Shown one piece after another: positions 1-7,544 of a stretch of DNA of 48,152 bases. Each line of letters starts with the position of its first letter. The stretch's first letter is position 1. Origin of the DNA: an uncultured Selenomonadales bacterium. Its GTDB lineage: Bacteria; Bacillota; Negativicutes; Selenomonadales; Selenomonadaceae. The stretch spans positions 1 through 48,152 of the forward strand of contig CAMVJN010000001.1 of NCBI GenBank assembly GCA_947167825.1, given 5' to 3'. The position numbers and the translations under genes were made by a program. Under the pieces are notes generated by a model that was given only the letters and a program-made list of their open reading frames with translations, did not search any database and had not been told where the DNA came from.

Positions 1-118
1 GTCCCCTCGACGGGTTGATGTACTGCGATAATTTGCGCCATGTATTCTCCTGCTGTGCGCGTTCGTCGTACATTTGCGCTATAATGCGGCGTTTCTTCCG
101 CAGCGCGTCACCGTCCAT
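1..118 (-). CDS. Portal protein, N-terminal 39 codons only, truncated by the window edge.
   Basis: The reverse-complement translation MDGDALRKKRRIIAQMYDERAQQENTWRKLSQYINPSRG aligns with the N-terminus of the 565-aa portal at 44673..46370. Confidence 0.7.
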   Translation of the reverse strand, partial: MDGDALRKKRRIIAQMYDERAQQENTWRKLSQYINPSRG

Positions 119-149
119 GAGTGCCGCTTGTGTTGCCTTGTCCATACCA

Positions 150-413
150 TCACGCCCCTAAAAGGGTTTTCTTGATCGTCCCCGCAGCGTCAGCCGCTAG
201 CGCCCCCTGCGTCTTGTCCGTATTCAGCCCACGACGGAGCCGCCTTTGCATTTCCAGCCGGGAGCCGTTATCTTCTGCCGTCTGCGTAGCCACCGAACCC
301 GGAGCGGAAGTCTTGACAGACGGAGCCGCGACAGCCGCCGCACGGCTTCCCCCGCCGCCAAACAGGCTACTAAACACACCGCCAAACAACTGCAAGTCAA
401 ACTTGAAATCCAT
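150..413 (-). CDS. Small conserved packaging-module protein lying between terL and the portal.
   Basis: It is a homolog of 46373..46657, sharing DFDLQLFG and a Gly run. AAAGGAG lies upstream of the ATG at 413, and the longer ORF-track start at 431 is less likely. Confidence 0.5.
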   Translation of the reverse strand: MDFKFDLQLFGGVFSSLFGGGGSRAAAVAAPSVKTSAPGSVATQTAEDNGSRLEMQRRLRRGLNTDKTQGALAADAAGTIKKTLLGA

Positions 414-427
414 ATCACAAACTCCTT

Positions 428-1741
428 TCAATATCGCGCCAATGCGTCGTATTCTTCTTCTTCCGGCTCGTACTGACTAACACCCGCAAATACAGGCATT
501 GCAAATGTTAAGGCGAGACTGTCGGCATAGTCCGGGCTTTTGCCGATCTTCTCTTTGATTTTGTCTTTAGGTTCCAGAATGATTTTCCCGTTCCGTGCAA
601 ATTGATACTCGACAACAGACAACTCGCTTTTGAGTGTCGGCTCGTTTGGCAGCGCCCCGCCGTCTTCCAGCCATTTGCGAAGCTTGAAATACATTTCCGC
701 CCGTAGGTTGGCGTATCTGTCCGTATCCTGCGGAGAGCCGCCGAAATTGACCTCTGTTACCCGGTAATGCAACTGCCGCACACGGTCAACCACGCCCGCG
801 CCCATAGCTCCAACGTCTACAAACACGGCCTGCGGGTTATACGTGTTTATCGCGTTGATAAGAACGTCAGCCGCCTGCATCGTGTCTAATCCCCTGTGCA
901 CTTGCTGACGCTGACACCATAGCCCCTTACGCACGGTCAACACGGTAGCATCATCACCAAAACGCGCCACATCAAGGCCGAGAATCACGGGAGCGCCTGC
1001 AACGTCAGCTTCCGTCAATTCCCGCTTGCTTGCCGCCGTTACAAGGTCAATCGGAATCACAACATCAGACGCCGACGCGCTGAAATCGCAGTATAATTCC
1101 TGCCGTATTGCCATAGGCGTCATGTCTTTCTGCATATCCTCCAACTCGTCCGGCGGAATAATGCCCGTATCAGCGACGGTATACAAGCAGGAAAACCATG
1201 CAGGATCGTTTAAAGCCCGTTGATAGGTCTCGTAAAATTGATTCTGCCCTTTCGGCGTCCCGATGAATACCGCCCAGCCCTCGCGGTCAGACAATGCAGG
1301 GCGTAAAACCTCGTCCCATAACTCTTTTTTAATCTGCGCGTACTCGTCCAATATTGCCCCATCCCAGTATCCGCCGCGCAGTGCGTCGGGATGGTCAGCG
1401 CCGATAATGTAGATTCTTGCGCCGCTTCTTGGTGGATATGCGCTTGGCAATTCTATATACAATTCGCTTTCATTCACGCGCCGCCCCGGAATCACGCTGG
1501 AATAATATTTCAGGTATTCCCAAGCAATCATTTTCGCTTGATTGCGAAACGGTGCTACATATGCATAACGCGGAGCCTCTCGTTTGCAGAGCAGCGCCTG
1601 CTTAAGCATTTGATTAACTGTGCCGACAGTTTTCCCGAAGCGCCTGTGACAAACGAGCACTGCGAAACGGTGAGAATCCAACGCCGGGTGTATCACGCTT
1701 TCCCAGATAGGCCGCGGCGTGTATGGTATTTTTATACTCAT
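428..1741 (-). CDS. terL: Terminase large subunit.
   Basis: This 437-aa ORF has a Walker-A-like CHRRFGKT and a nuclease-half GLDVARFGDD. It sits after terS with an ATGA overlap and is paralogous to 47074..48152. Confidence 0.9.
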   Translation of the reverse strand: MSIKIPYTPRPIWESVIHPALDSHRFAVLVCHRRFGKTVGTVNQMLKQALLCKREAPRYAYVAPFRNQAKMIAWEYLKYYSSVIPGRRVNESELYIELPSAYPPRSGARIYIIGADHPDALRGGYWDGAILDEYAQIKKELWDEVLRPALSDREGWAVFIGTPKGQNQFYETYQRALNDPAWFSCLYTVADTGIIPPDELEDMQKDMTPMAIRQELYCDFSASASDVVIPIDLVTAASKRELTEADVAGAPVILGLDVARFGDDATVLTVRKGLWCQRQQVHRGLDTMQAADVLINAINTYNPQAVFVDVGAMGAGVVDRVRQLHYRVTEVNFGGSPQDTDRYANLRAEMYFKLRKWLEDGGALPNEPTLKSELSVVEYQFARNGKIILEPKDKIKEKIGKSPDYADSLALTFAMPVFAGVSQYEPEEEEYDALARY

Positions 1742-2145
1742 TTGTCGCTGTCCTCCGGCTTGTCAGCTTTAGAGCCCCATTCTTTAGAGCCCCATTCAAA
1801 CGAGAGCTTGCCGCTGCCGCCGCTTATCTCTGTGTCGCGCTTATCTTTCCAGTCGTTTGGGCGCTTGTTCTTGAGGAAAAATATTTGTGCTGTGATGTTA
1901 CCGGAAACTGCAGCGGAGAAAAGAGCGTTTTCCACAAGATCAACAGAAGCGTCAGCGCCTCTTTTTATAGCGTCCGATATATCTTTCGATTTATCACGCC
2001 AAATAAACAACGTAGACCTTGCAATCCCCATATTGTGGGCTATTTCTCCAAGGCTTAAGCCTTGGCTTGCCCAATCTTCAATCATTTGCAGCTTGTCAGG
2101 CGCTTCCCATTCATCAAAGCTTGCATTATTCATCCGCTTCCCCAT
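1738..2145 (-). CDS. terS: Terminase small subunit with an HTH.
   Basis: It carries the HTH GLSLGEIAHNMGIARSTLFIWR and the terS-like FFLKNKRPNDWKDKR. AAAGGTGG precedes the ATG at 2145, and the ORF is open from 2184. Confidence 0.8.
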   Translation of the reverse strand: MGKRMNNASFDEWEAPDKLQMIEDWASQGLSLGEIAHNMGIARSTLFIWRDKSKDISDAIKRGADASVDLVENALFSAAVSGNITAQIFFLKNKRPNDWKDKRDTEISGGSGKLSFEWGSKEWGSKADKPEDSDK

Positions 2146-2192
2146 TGTCAACACCACCTTTAAAGCTGGTTTACATAATCGCATACGGTTTA

Positions 2193-2265
2193 CTTTTGAG
2201 AAAAAGAATCTAGAAAAAAAGACTCTCGAAGAGAGCCCTTTTTTCTAGATTCTTTTTCTCAAAAG
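2193..2265. repeat. Perfect 27-bp inverted repeat with a 19-nt spacer that holds its own small CTCTC/GAGAG palindrome.
   Basis: The arm 2193..2219 (CTTTTGAGAAAAAGAATCTAGAAAAAA) is the exact reverse complement of 2239..2265. Confidence 0.9.
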
Positions 2266-2278
2266 CGGCTGTAAACGA

Positions 2279-2310
2279 TTAAAAAATAACCGCTGACAAA
2301 ATCAGCGGTT
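2279..2310 (-). terminator. Rho-independent terminator after the RHH gene.
   Basis: A 9-bp stem pairs AACCGCTGA with TCAGCGGTT around a 5-nt loop, followed on the minus strand by ATTTTTTAA. Confidence 0.75.
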
Positions 2311-2393
2311 AATAATAGGAGGTTTTCCTATGGATTATTTGCTATGAACATAATAGCACAAATTTCTTGCGCTTATTGCTGCAATAACGACTA

Positions 2394-2606
2394 TCAAGTA
2401 TCTTTATATTTGTCAATATCCTGTAAATCTGTTGAAATATACTTCTCCACTGCGGCAGTTACAAACGCAACCATTGACAGGCCGCGCTTATCGGCATATC
2501 CGCGCCACACGTCCCGGACGCCTTTTTTTACCTGGAGCGTAATTTTTTCATAGTTCTCGCGGTTATAGCCGTCAATGTATCTCATTTTCGCCTCGCTTGC
2601 TGGCAT
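2394..2606 (-). CDS. Ribbon-helix-helix (Arc/CopG-like) DNA-binding protein.
   Basis: MPASEAKMRYIDGYNRENYEKITLQVKKG... matches the RHH-family N-terminal pattern. GGGGGTGGAG lies upstream of the ATG at 2606. Confidence 0.6.
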   Translation of the reverse strand: MPASEAKMRYIDGYNRENYEKITLQVKKGVRDVWRGYADKRGLSMVAFVTAAVEKYISTDLQDIDKYKDT

Positions 2607-2634
2607 TGTCTCCACCCCCTTCCTGTTATATACC

Positions 2635-2663
2635 ATTATATACTATGACGGGATATAATTCAA
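2635..2663 (-). promoter_or_regulatory. Sigma-70-type promoter for the RHH gene.
   Basis: On the minus strand there is a TTGAAT -35 (2663..2658), a 17-nt spacer and a TATAAT -10 (2640..2635). Confidence 0.55.
2642..2658 (+). promoter_or_regulatory. Degenerate copy (13 of 17) of the 17-mer putative operator.
   Basis: ACTATGACGGGATATAA compared with TATATGACGTGCTATAA. It lies in the spacer of the minus-strand promoter. Confidence 0.4.
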
Positions 2664-2698
2664 GCAAAACTTTTTTCAAAAAAATTTCAAAATACCCC

Positions 2699-2727
2699 TT
2701 GACATAAAATATATGACGTGCTATAAT
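2699..2727 (+). promoter_or_regulatory. Consensus sigma-70 promoter driving the plus-strand island.
   Basis: TTGACA (2699..2704), an exactly 17-nt spacer and TATAAT (2722..2727). Confidence 0.7.
2710..2726 (+). promoter_or_regulatory. 17-mer TATATGACGTGCTATAA, a putative operator overlapping the spacer and -10 of the plus promoter.
   Basis: It is an exact repeat of 2793..2809. Confidence 0.5.
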
Positions 2728-2792
2728 GCAATCAGAAAGCAAGAGAGAAAGAAAACAGCGGAGAACGGAAAGAAAAATCAGCACCATATAAT

Positions 2793-2809
2793 TATATGAC
2801 GTGCTATAA
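2793..2809 (+). promoter_or_regulatory. Second exact copy of the 17-mer TATATGACGTGCTATAA, located in the 5' leader.
   Basis: It is an exact repeat of 2710..2726, 83 bp downstream, directly before the RBS of the small ORF. Confidence 0.5.
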
Positions 2810-2826
2810 AGAGGAGGCAAACCAAC

Positions 2827-2931
2827 ATGACACCAGCCGCGCAAGCCGAAACCCTGCAAAAACTCGCAATGCTGATTACCACAATGGCAGCAGCATTTGC
2901 CGGAATCACATTTGAGATTTTAGTAAAATAA
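2827..2931 (+). CDS. Small hydrophobic peptide of 34 aa.
   Basis: It is too short for the ORF track. AAAGAGGAGG lies 7 nt upstream of the ATG, and the product is MTPAAQAETLQKLAMLITTMAAAFAGITFEILVK. Confidence 0.45.
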   Translation: MTPAAQAETLQKLAMLITTMAAAFAGITFEILVK

Positions 2932-2948
2932 AAAGGAGGAAAAAGACA

Positions 2949-3431
2949 ATGGCGAAAATGATGAATCTGCAAGACCTGATCGCGAAGGCAAACGGCAAGA
3001 ACGAGGACGTGAAAAAGGAACTTCGGCGCGAGTACAAAAAAGCCGCAGCGAAAGCCCATCCCGACCACGGCGGAAGCGCGGAGCAGATGGCGAAACTGAA
3101 CGAGGAATACAAGACAAAAGAAGCCCTCTTGGGACTGGATGAAGAACTCCGGCAGGCGGTCGAAAAAATTCTCCCGATTCCCGGTATCAATATTGAAATC
3201 TGCGGCTCTTGGGTATGGGTCAGCGGCGACACAAAGACCAACAAGGACGAGATCAAGGCCGCCGGGTATCGGTGGGCAAGAAAGAAGGCCATGTGGTACT
3301 ATCGCAAAGAGGACGACGCGCAACCATGGCACCGCCGGAAAGGAGCCTATAAAGATATGGGATATATTCGCGACAAGTACGGAAGCGAAGAACTCAAAAC
3401 CAGTTACAGCAACGCACGCTTGACAGCATAA
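2949..3431 (+). CDS. J-domain (DnaJ-like, HPD motif) protein with a C-terminal phage/plasmid-type domain.
   Basis: LRREYKKAAAKAHPDHGGSAEQMAKLNEEYK carries HPD at 3057..3065. AAAGGAGG forms the RBS. Confidence 0.75.
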   Translation: MAKMMNLQDLIAKANGKNEDVKKELRREYKKAAAKAHPDHGGSAEQMAKLNEEYKTKEALLGLDEELRQAVEKILPIPGINIEICGSWVWVSGDTKTNKDEIKAAGYRWARKKAMWYYRKEDDAQPWHRRKGAYKDMGYIRDKYGSEELKTSYSNARLTA

Positions 3432-3511
3432 CGCAGAGTGGCGCCCCTTCGGGGGCGGTAATGCGGGCAAAGGCGGTCACAACCCCGCAAAATAAAAGGG
3501 AGGTATTAAAT

Positions 3512-3706
3512 ATGTATAGCGTATCAATTTACACCCGGCCACACTTCGAGGAGACGCCGGAAGGAATCATTACAAAATACTCCGTCACTGTTACGGACTG
3601 CTACGGCGTAGACTTAGCAAAAACTGGATTCCTGCCCAAAGTAGAAGCAATGCAAAATTTTAGGGCAATCAATAAACACTATAAAAAAGTTTTGAGGAGG
3701 AATTAA
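3512..3706 (+). CDS. Hypothetical protein of 64 aa.
   Basis: AAAGGGAGG lies upstream of the ATG at 3512, and the gene is packed tightly between its neighbours. Confidence 0.55.
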   Translation: MYSVSIYTRPHFEETPEGIITKYSVTVTDCYGVDLAKTGFLPKVEAMQNFRAINKHYKKVLRRN

Positions 3707-3708
3707 AA

Positions 3709-4359
3709 ATGACGAACACAGAAAAGATCATGGAAAAAATCAGGGCACTGATGGAGAAAACTGTCGAGAACGGAGCGACGGAGCAGGAGGCAATCGAAGC
3801 CGCGAAAGCCGCCCAAAGGCTCATGGCGAAATACAAAATCAGCGAAGTCACGGCGGAGAAAAAGGAAGAAATTGATTCAACCGAAATGGACATTTCCCGC
3901 CAATGGCAAATTATCCTCGCAAACGTCCTTGCAAAAAATCTTTGCTGTCGCTGCATACAGACCCACCCGGAGAAAAGAAAGGTTCGTTTCGTGGTCATGG
4001 GAAAAGAGGCAGATCGCAAAGTCTTTGAAAAAATGTATGAATCATTCTTTATCCTCATCTACAAGGGCGCGAAAGAGGCGAAGGCGAAGGCAAAAGCGGA
4101 GCACGGCCACACCCACGACGTAGAAAGCGCATATGCCGCCGGGTTCATACAGGCGATTGACGAGGCGATGGGAGAGCAATGCAGGGCACTGGCGCTTGTT
4201 GTCCCGGAAGACGTAAACCTTGCAACGCATAGGCGGTTCCCGAGCCTTGGCCGGGCAAGGGCGTGGAGAATCGACGGAAACAGCGCAACGCGCACGGCAC
4301 GCGCCGACGGCTACAGCGACGGGCGGAGCGCCGCAGGACAAAAGAGAATTGCAGGATAG
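3709..4359 (+). CDS. DUF2786-type protein, a family common on phages and plasmids.
   Basis: The N-terminal KIRALMEKTVENGATEQEAIEAAKAAQRLMAKYKI matches the DUF2786 signature as I recall it. Confidence 0.65.
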   Translation: MTNTEKIMEKIRALMEKTVENGATEQEAIEAAKAAQRLMAKYKISEVTAEKKEEIDSTEMDISRQWQIILANVLAKNLCCRCIQTHPEKRKVRFVVMGKEADRKVFEKMYESFFILIYKGAKEAKAKAKAEHGHTHDVESAYAAGFIQAIDEAMGEQCRALALVVPEDVNLATHRRFPSLGRARAWRIDGNSATRTARADGYSDGRSAAGQKRIAG

Positions 4360-4371
4360 GAGGCGGACACA

Positions 4372-4551
4372 ATGACGAAACAAGAGAAAGGGCGCATAAT
4401 TGAGAACATTGAATCAATAATAGAGAGAATAAAGGACACGCGAACCGAAATATGGCAAGCGAACATAAAGACCCTTGCAGACGAATACGCATATATGAGC
4501 ATGGGCGATGCTTGCGAACATTTAAGAGGCGTGATTAGATATTTGAACTAA
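4372..4551 (+). CDS. Hypothetical protein of 59 aa.
   Basis: It is too short for the ORF track. TAGGAGG lies upstream of the ATG at 4372, and I verified a 60-codon frame ending in TAA at 4549..4551. Confidence 0.5.
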   Translation: MTKQEKGRIIENIESIIERIKDTRTEIWQANIKTLADEYAYMSMGDACEHLRGVIRYLN

Positions 4552-4631
4552 GCCGAAACGCCCTCCGGGGCGTCTGCCGGGAATGGCCGCCCGGTACTGA
4601 TGAGGCAGGCCAAACAAAAGGAGGAATAGAA

Positions 4632-5126
4632 ATGCTGGATTTTAAAAAAATGAAAGCGACGCTTGAAGCCGAAAAAAATCGGCTGAAAATGGTAATCGAA
4701 GCGCAAGAAGCAGTTATCCCGTATCTGGAAAAATTTGACGGAAAAATCATCAACAAAAAACTGGTTGATTATATCAACGAACTTGAGCCAATCCGCGCAT
4801 ATTTTCACGGCGAAAAAGAAAGAAAGCAACTGGTCATATACCACAAAAATTTACCATACAATTACAATACCGTTTTGTGGGAATTTGTAGATATGGTATC
4901 AAATGACAAACGATTCGATCACAAAAAATTTTCCGCTGTCATGCGGAGGAGAATCCTAAATACCAGAGCCGACTTAACCGCCATAGAATCCGATCTTGCA
5001 GACGGCGAAAAACGCGCACAAGAATTTAACTATGTGCAGCAGTATTATATCCAGCTTGCAAAAGGCTTTTCATACTTCATCCGGGGGGAATACGATCATG
5101 ATTTTAAGATTGGCTGGATAGGATAA
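4632..5126 (+). CDS. Hypothetical protein of 164 aa, visibly AT-rich relative to its neighbours.
   Basis: AAAGGAGG forms the RBS, and the composition is K/N/Y-rich with many A/T runs. I recognise no family. Confidence 0.65.
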   Translation: MLDFKKMKATLEAEKNRLKMVIEAQEAVIPYLEKFDGKIINKKLVDYINELEPIRAYFHGEKERKQLVIYHKNLPYNYNTVLWEFVDMVSNDKRFDHKKFSAVMRRRILNTRADLTAIESDLADGEKRAQEFNYVQQYYIQLAKGFSYFIRGEYDHDFKIGWIG

Positions 5127-5161
5127 CGGGACGAATTGTCTGAATCCGACTGGGCAAAACG

Positions 5162-5686
5162 CTAAAAAACCCGAACGACCTGGGCCTGCGCCGCGCATTG
5201 TATGGCGTAGGCCCTTATGTCGTCCAGGACTGCATAATATGTCCGCTCCGCAATATGCAATTCGTCCATTGTTATGACGCGGCTTTTCCGCTGTCCCTCG
5301 TATCGTCGGCGGAATATTGCATTGCGAATCGAATCCTCACGACACCAGACGCGAACCGCCCGAACCACCTGCAGCCACCGCTCCGGCCACTCGACCGGGC
5401 GGCCGTCCACGAAAACCTTTGGAACCTCCGCCGCGTGGCGTATCGCCTGGGAAGCCGTCGGGTCCGGGATGTAACTATGCCCGGTATGTTCGCCGCTTAA
5501 ATTACTACTGGGCGACAGCTTCGCTTCCTTGACCGCCTCGGCAATCTGCCGCTCGTGTCTGATCATGTACTCAATTTTTCTGATATTCGCGTCTCGTGAT
5601 TGTCTCTGCAATATCTCTCGCCTCCATAGACGGCTCTCTCGCCGTCTTTTTTTGCGTACGAATATAATCATCGTGTCATGGTACAA
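5162..5686 (-). CDS. Putative late-gene transcriptional activator (RinA/ArpU-like, with a sigma region-4-like HTH).
   Basis: The C-terminal ITMDELHIAERTYYAVLDDIRAYAIQCAAQ looks like an HTH. The gene sits at the end of the early operon, upstream of terS. The true start is uncertain. Confidence 0.5.
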   Translation of the reverse strand: MYHDTMIIFVRKKRRRESRLWRREILQRQSRDANIRKIEYMIRHERQIAEAVKEAKLSPSSNLSGEHTGHSYIPDPTASQAIRHAAEVPKVFVDGRPVEWPERWLQVVRAVRVWCREDSIRNAIFRRRYEGQRKSRVITMDELHIAERTYYAVLDDIRAYAIQCAAQAQVVRVF

Positions 5687-5713
5687 AAGCGGCTAAAAAT
5701 GGCGTTTCCGCGA

Positions 5714-5818
5714 CTAACGGCTACCCTTAAACATTTCTGATAATGCAACAACGATAACAGCACCGACAAACAGCGCAATCATTTCTTGCCAGTCAATATG
5801 AATTGATAATTCAATCAT
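5714..5818 (-). CDS. Tiny membrane peptide of 34 aa.
   Basis: GGAAGGGGTG lies upstream of the ATG, and the core LFVGAVIVVAL is hydrophobic. Confidence 0.3.
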   Translation of the reverse strand: MIELSIHIDWQEMIALFVGAVIVVALSEMFKGSR

Positions 5819-5940
5819 CAGCCGCACCCCTTCCCGACTTCTACAATCAGCCTGTCAAGATACCACCGCGCTGATTGCCTCGATTGTTTCGATTCGCCCC
5901 ATACAGTAATGCGCCGGGTGATTTACGTTATCATTCTCCA

Positions 5941-6330
5941 TTACAATCTTCCCCTTTTACGATTCTTTTTGTTTACGCGCCGCTGTGCCTCGTCCCGCAT
6001 TTCCGCGTCAATGCCAAGCACTTCCTCCAGCGTCGTGATTGCCGTTATCACGTCGGCGGATTCCTCTGCAATATCTGTGTCTGTATCATCATCCACGCCG
6101 TCCGCTAAATCGTCGAGATTGTTCCGTGTCGTCACTTCGCGCAATACCGCCGCTTTCAGCTCGTCCAGTTCCTCGTTGATTTTCGCAAAATGCTGCTTGA
6201 CAGTCTGCCCCTTGGTCGCCCCGTGCTCGTCACGCACGCAAGGAAGCGGGCGCGGACAGACGTATTGCTCGTTGCCAATCTCATACCCGTGCGCCTCGGC
6301 GTATTTTCTCATTATTTCATCCCCGCTCAT
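5941..6330 (-). CDS. MazG-like nucleotide pyrophosphohydrolase (putative).
   Basis: It has the pattern INEELDELKAAV ... EESADVITAITTLEEVLGID and a C-terminal KKNRKRG. Confidence 0.5.
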   Translation of the reverse strand: MSGDEIMRKYAEAHGYEIGNEQYVCPRPLPCVRDEHGATKGQTVKQHFAKINEELDELKAAVLREVTTRNNLDDLADGVDDDTDTDIAEESADVITAITTLEEVLGIDAEMRDEAQRRVNKKNRKRGRL

Positions 6331-6341
6331 TTCCGCGCCTC

Positions 6342-6548
6342 CTACGCCCTACCCAAAACGTCTAGCACAAAATTTTTCTCGGCGCACGCGATTTCGTCGG
6401 CCTTTTTTATAATTTCCTGTCGTGTTTTTGTGTCCATTGCGTCCATATTTCCGCATTGCGTATCTAACCCGACAACAGAAAAAATCAGCATGTCCAATTC
6501 TCGTCTTTTTGCGTCAAGTTTCTCATACGCGCTCTTGACCGTATTCAT
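6342..6548 (-). CDS. Hypothetical protein.
   Basis: It lies in the operon with coupled overlaps to its neighbours. Confidence 0.55.
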   Translation of the reverse strand: MNTVKSAYEKLDAKRRELDMLIFSVVGLDTQCGNMDAMDTKTRQEIIKKADEIACAEKNFVLDVLGRA

Positions 6549-6715
6549 TTCCGCGCCTCCTTTAGTGCCGCCTCTAACTCAATGATCGCATATTCATCTA
6601 TTGTTTTCTCGTGCTCTGTGATATACAGCAACGCACCCCTAGACCGCAGTATCGCCCACAGCGCGGCTTTTGACTCCGCCTCGGACAACCCGTCAATCCG
6701 TTCCTTTATGTCCAT
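6545..6715 (-). CDS. Hypothetical protein.
   Basis: The internal ATG at 6715 is preceded by GGGAGGGG. Confidence 0.5.
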   Translation of the reverse strand: MDIKERIDGLSEAESKAALWAILRSRGALLYITEHEKTIDEYAIIELEAALKEARK

Positions 6716-6875
6716 CGTCAGCCAGCCCCTCCCATTCTCCTGCCGCCTCTCTGCGCTCAATCAATTCAGACACGGCGGCGTAAACGTCAGCATAGAACTC
6801 CGATTTTTCCTTCAAAGAATTTGCCATCATGTGCAAAGCAAGTAACTGTATGCTCGAAATACGTTCAACGCCCAT
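6693..6875 (-). CDS. Hypothetical protein.
   Basis: The ATG at 6875 lies immediately after the upstream stop. Confidence 0.5.
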   Translation of the reverse strand: MGVERISSIQLLALHMMANSLKEKSEFYADVYAAVSELIERREAAGEWEGLADDGHKGTD

Positions 6876-6877
6876 CG

Positions 6878-7039
6878 TCAGCCCTCCCACTCGTCCTTTA
6901 GCTCGTCAATCAGCCGCGAAATCTGGCTTCTCGTCATTTTGTCGAGATCGTACCAGTCCAAATCGTAGCCAAGTTTGAGTATTAAATCCCGTGCGTACTC
7001 AATTTGCGCCGCCGTCGCTTGGCGTTCGTCTTTAGTCAT
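6878..7039 (-). CDS. Hypothetical protein of 53 aa.
   Basis: It is too short for the ORF track. Its ATG overlaps the rusA stop, and the product is MTKDERQATAAQIEYARDLILKLGYDLDWYDLDKMTRSQISRLIDELKDEWEG. Confidence 0.45.
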   Translation of the reverse strand: MTKDERQATAAQIEYARDLILKLGYDLDWYDLDKMTRSQISRLIDELKDEWEG

Positions 7040-7457
7040 TATAATCGTCCTCCCTGATCAGTATATCCGCTTTGTCGCCTTTGTCACTAAACCGTTTGAA
7101 AACGATCAGCCTCGTAACCTGCGAATCATCAGCCCAACAAATGCCTTTCAGCGCATCCAGTATCGCTTTCGCGTGATTGTCGGCGTCGCCCGTGTTTTTT
7201 CCAACTGGCTTTATAACATTATGCCGCGCCGCCAATTTTTTCCCCTTCGTATAGCTTTTGGGAATGTCAAAATATAAATCAATCCAGCAACTAACCGCCC
7301 CTTCCAGCGGTTTTTTTTCGCGCATAGCCGCCTTTGCAGCAATCGTCACCGCCGTTTTGTAGTCCCGGCACCGCTTCGGCGTGTACGTCCCCCGAGCCGT
7401 AACTCTAGGCCGCGCCATTGGGACAGGGCGACCGGGAACGGAAAATTCAATCGTCAT
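7032..7457 (-). CDS. rusA: RusA-family Holliday junction resolvase.
   Basis: It has PRVTARGTYTP and the catalytic-region motif GDADNHAKAILDALKGICWADDSQV. Confidence 0.85.
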   Translation of the reverse strand: MTIEFSVPGRPVPMARPRVTARGTYTPKRCRDYKTAVTIAAKAAMREKKPLEGAVSCWIDLYFDIPKSYTKGKKLAARHNVIKPVGKNTGDADNHAKAILDALKGICWADDSQVTRLIVFKRFSDKGDKADILIREDDYND

Positions 7458-7460
7458 GTT

Positions 7461-7544
7461 TCAGCCCCCTTTTTGCATCATAGAATACACAAAGCCAGCA
7501 CCAATCAACCAGCCAAAAATAAAACCTATTTGAAACTGTGACAT
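7461..7544 (-). CDS. Tiny hydrophobic peptide of 27 aa.
   Basis: AGGGGG forms the RBS and the product is MSQFQIGFIFGWLIGAGFVYSMMQKGG. It overlaps the 3' end of the upstream ORF by 19 nt. Confidence 0.25.
   Translation of the reverse strand: MSQFQIGFIFGWLIGAGFVYSMMQKGG

Noticed and set aside
1-1741. The terminal duplication as a circular-genome assembly artefact or a direct terminal repeat.
   Set aside because: The two copies differ by many substitutions and by a whole-gene indel (46664..47074), so they are paralogous loci from two phages and not the same sequence assembled twice.
2778-3470. 230-aa minus-strand ORF overlapping the J-domain gene.
   Set aside because: The plus-strand reading has an HPD J-domain, a strong RBS and a consensus promoter, whereas the minus-strand product is hydrophobic low complexity without a start context.
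4552-4631. The ACGCCC-TCCG-GGGCGT hairpin as a terminator splitting the plus-strand island.
   Set aside because: The stem is short (6 bp) with no following T-tract. The downstream gene has its own RBS only about 50 nt away, so read-through seems more likely. The question is left unresolved.
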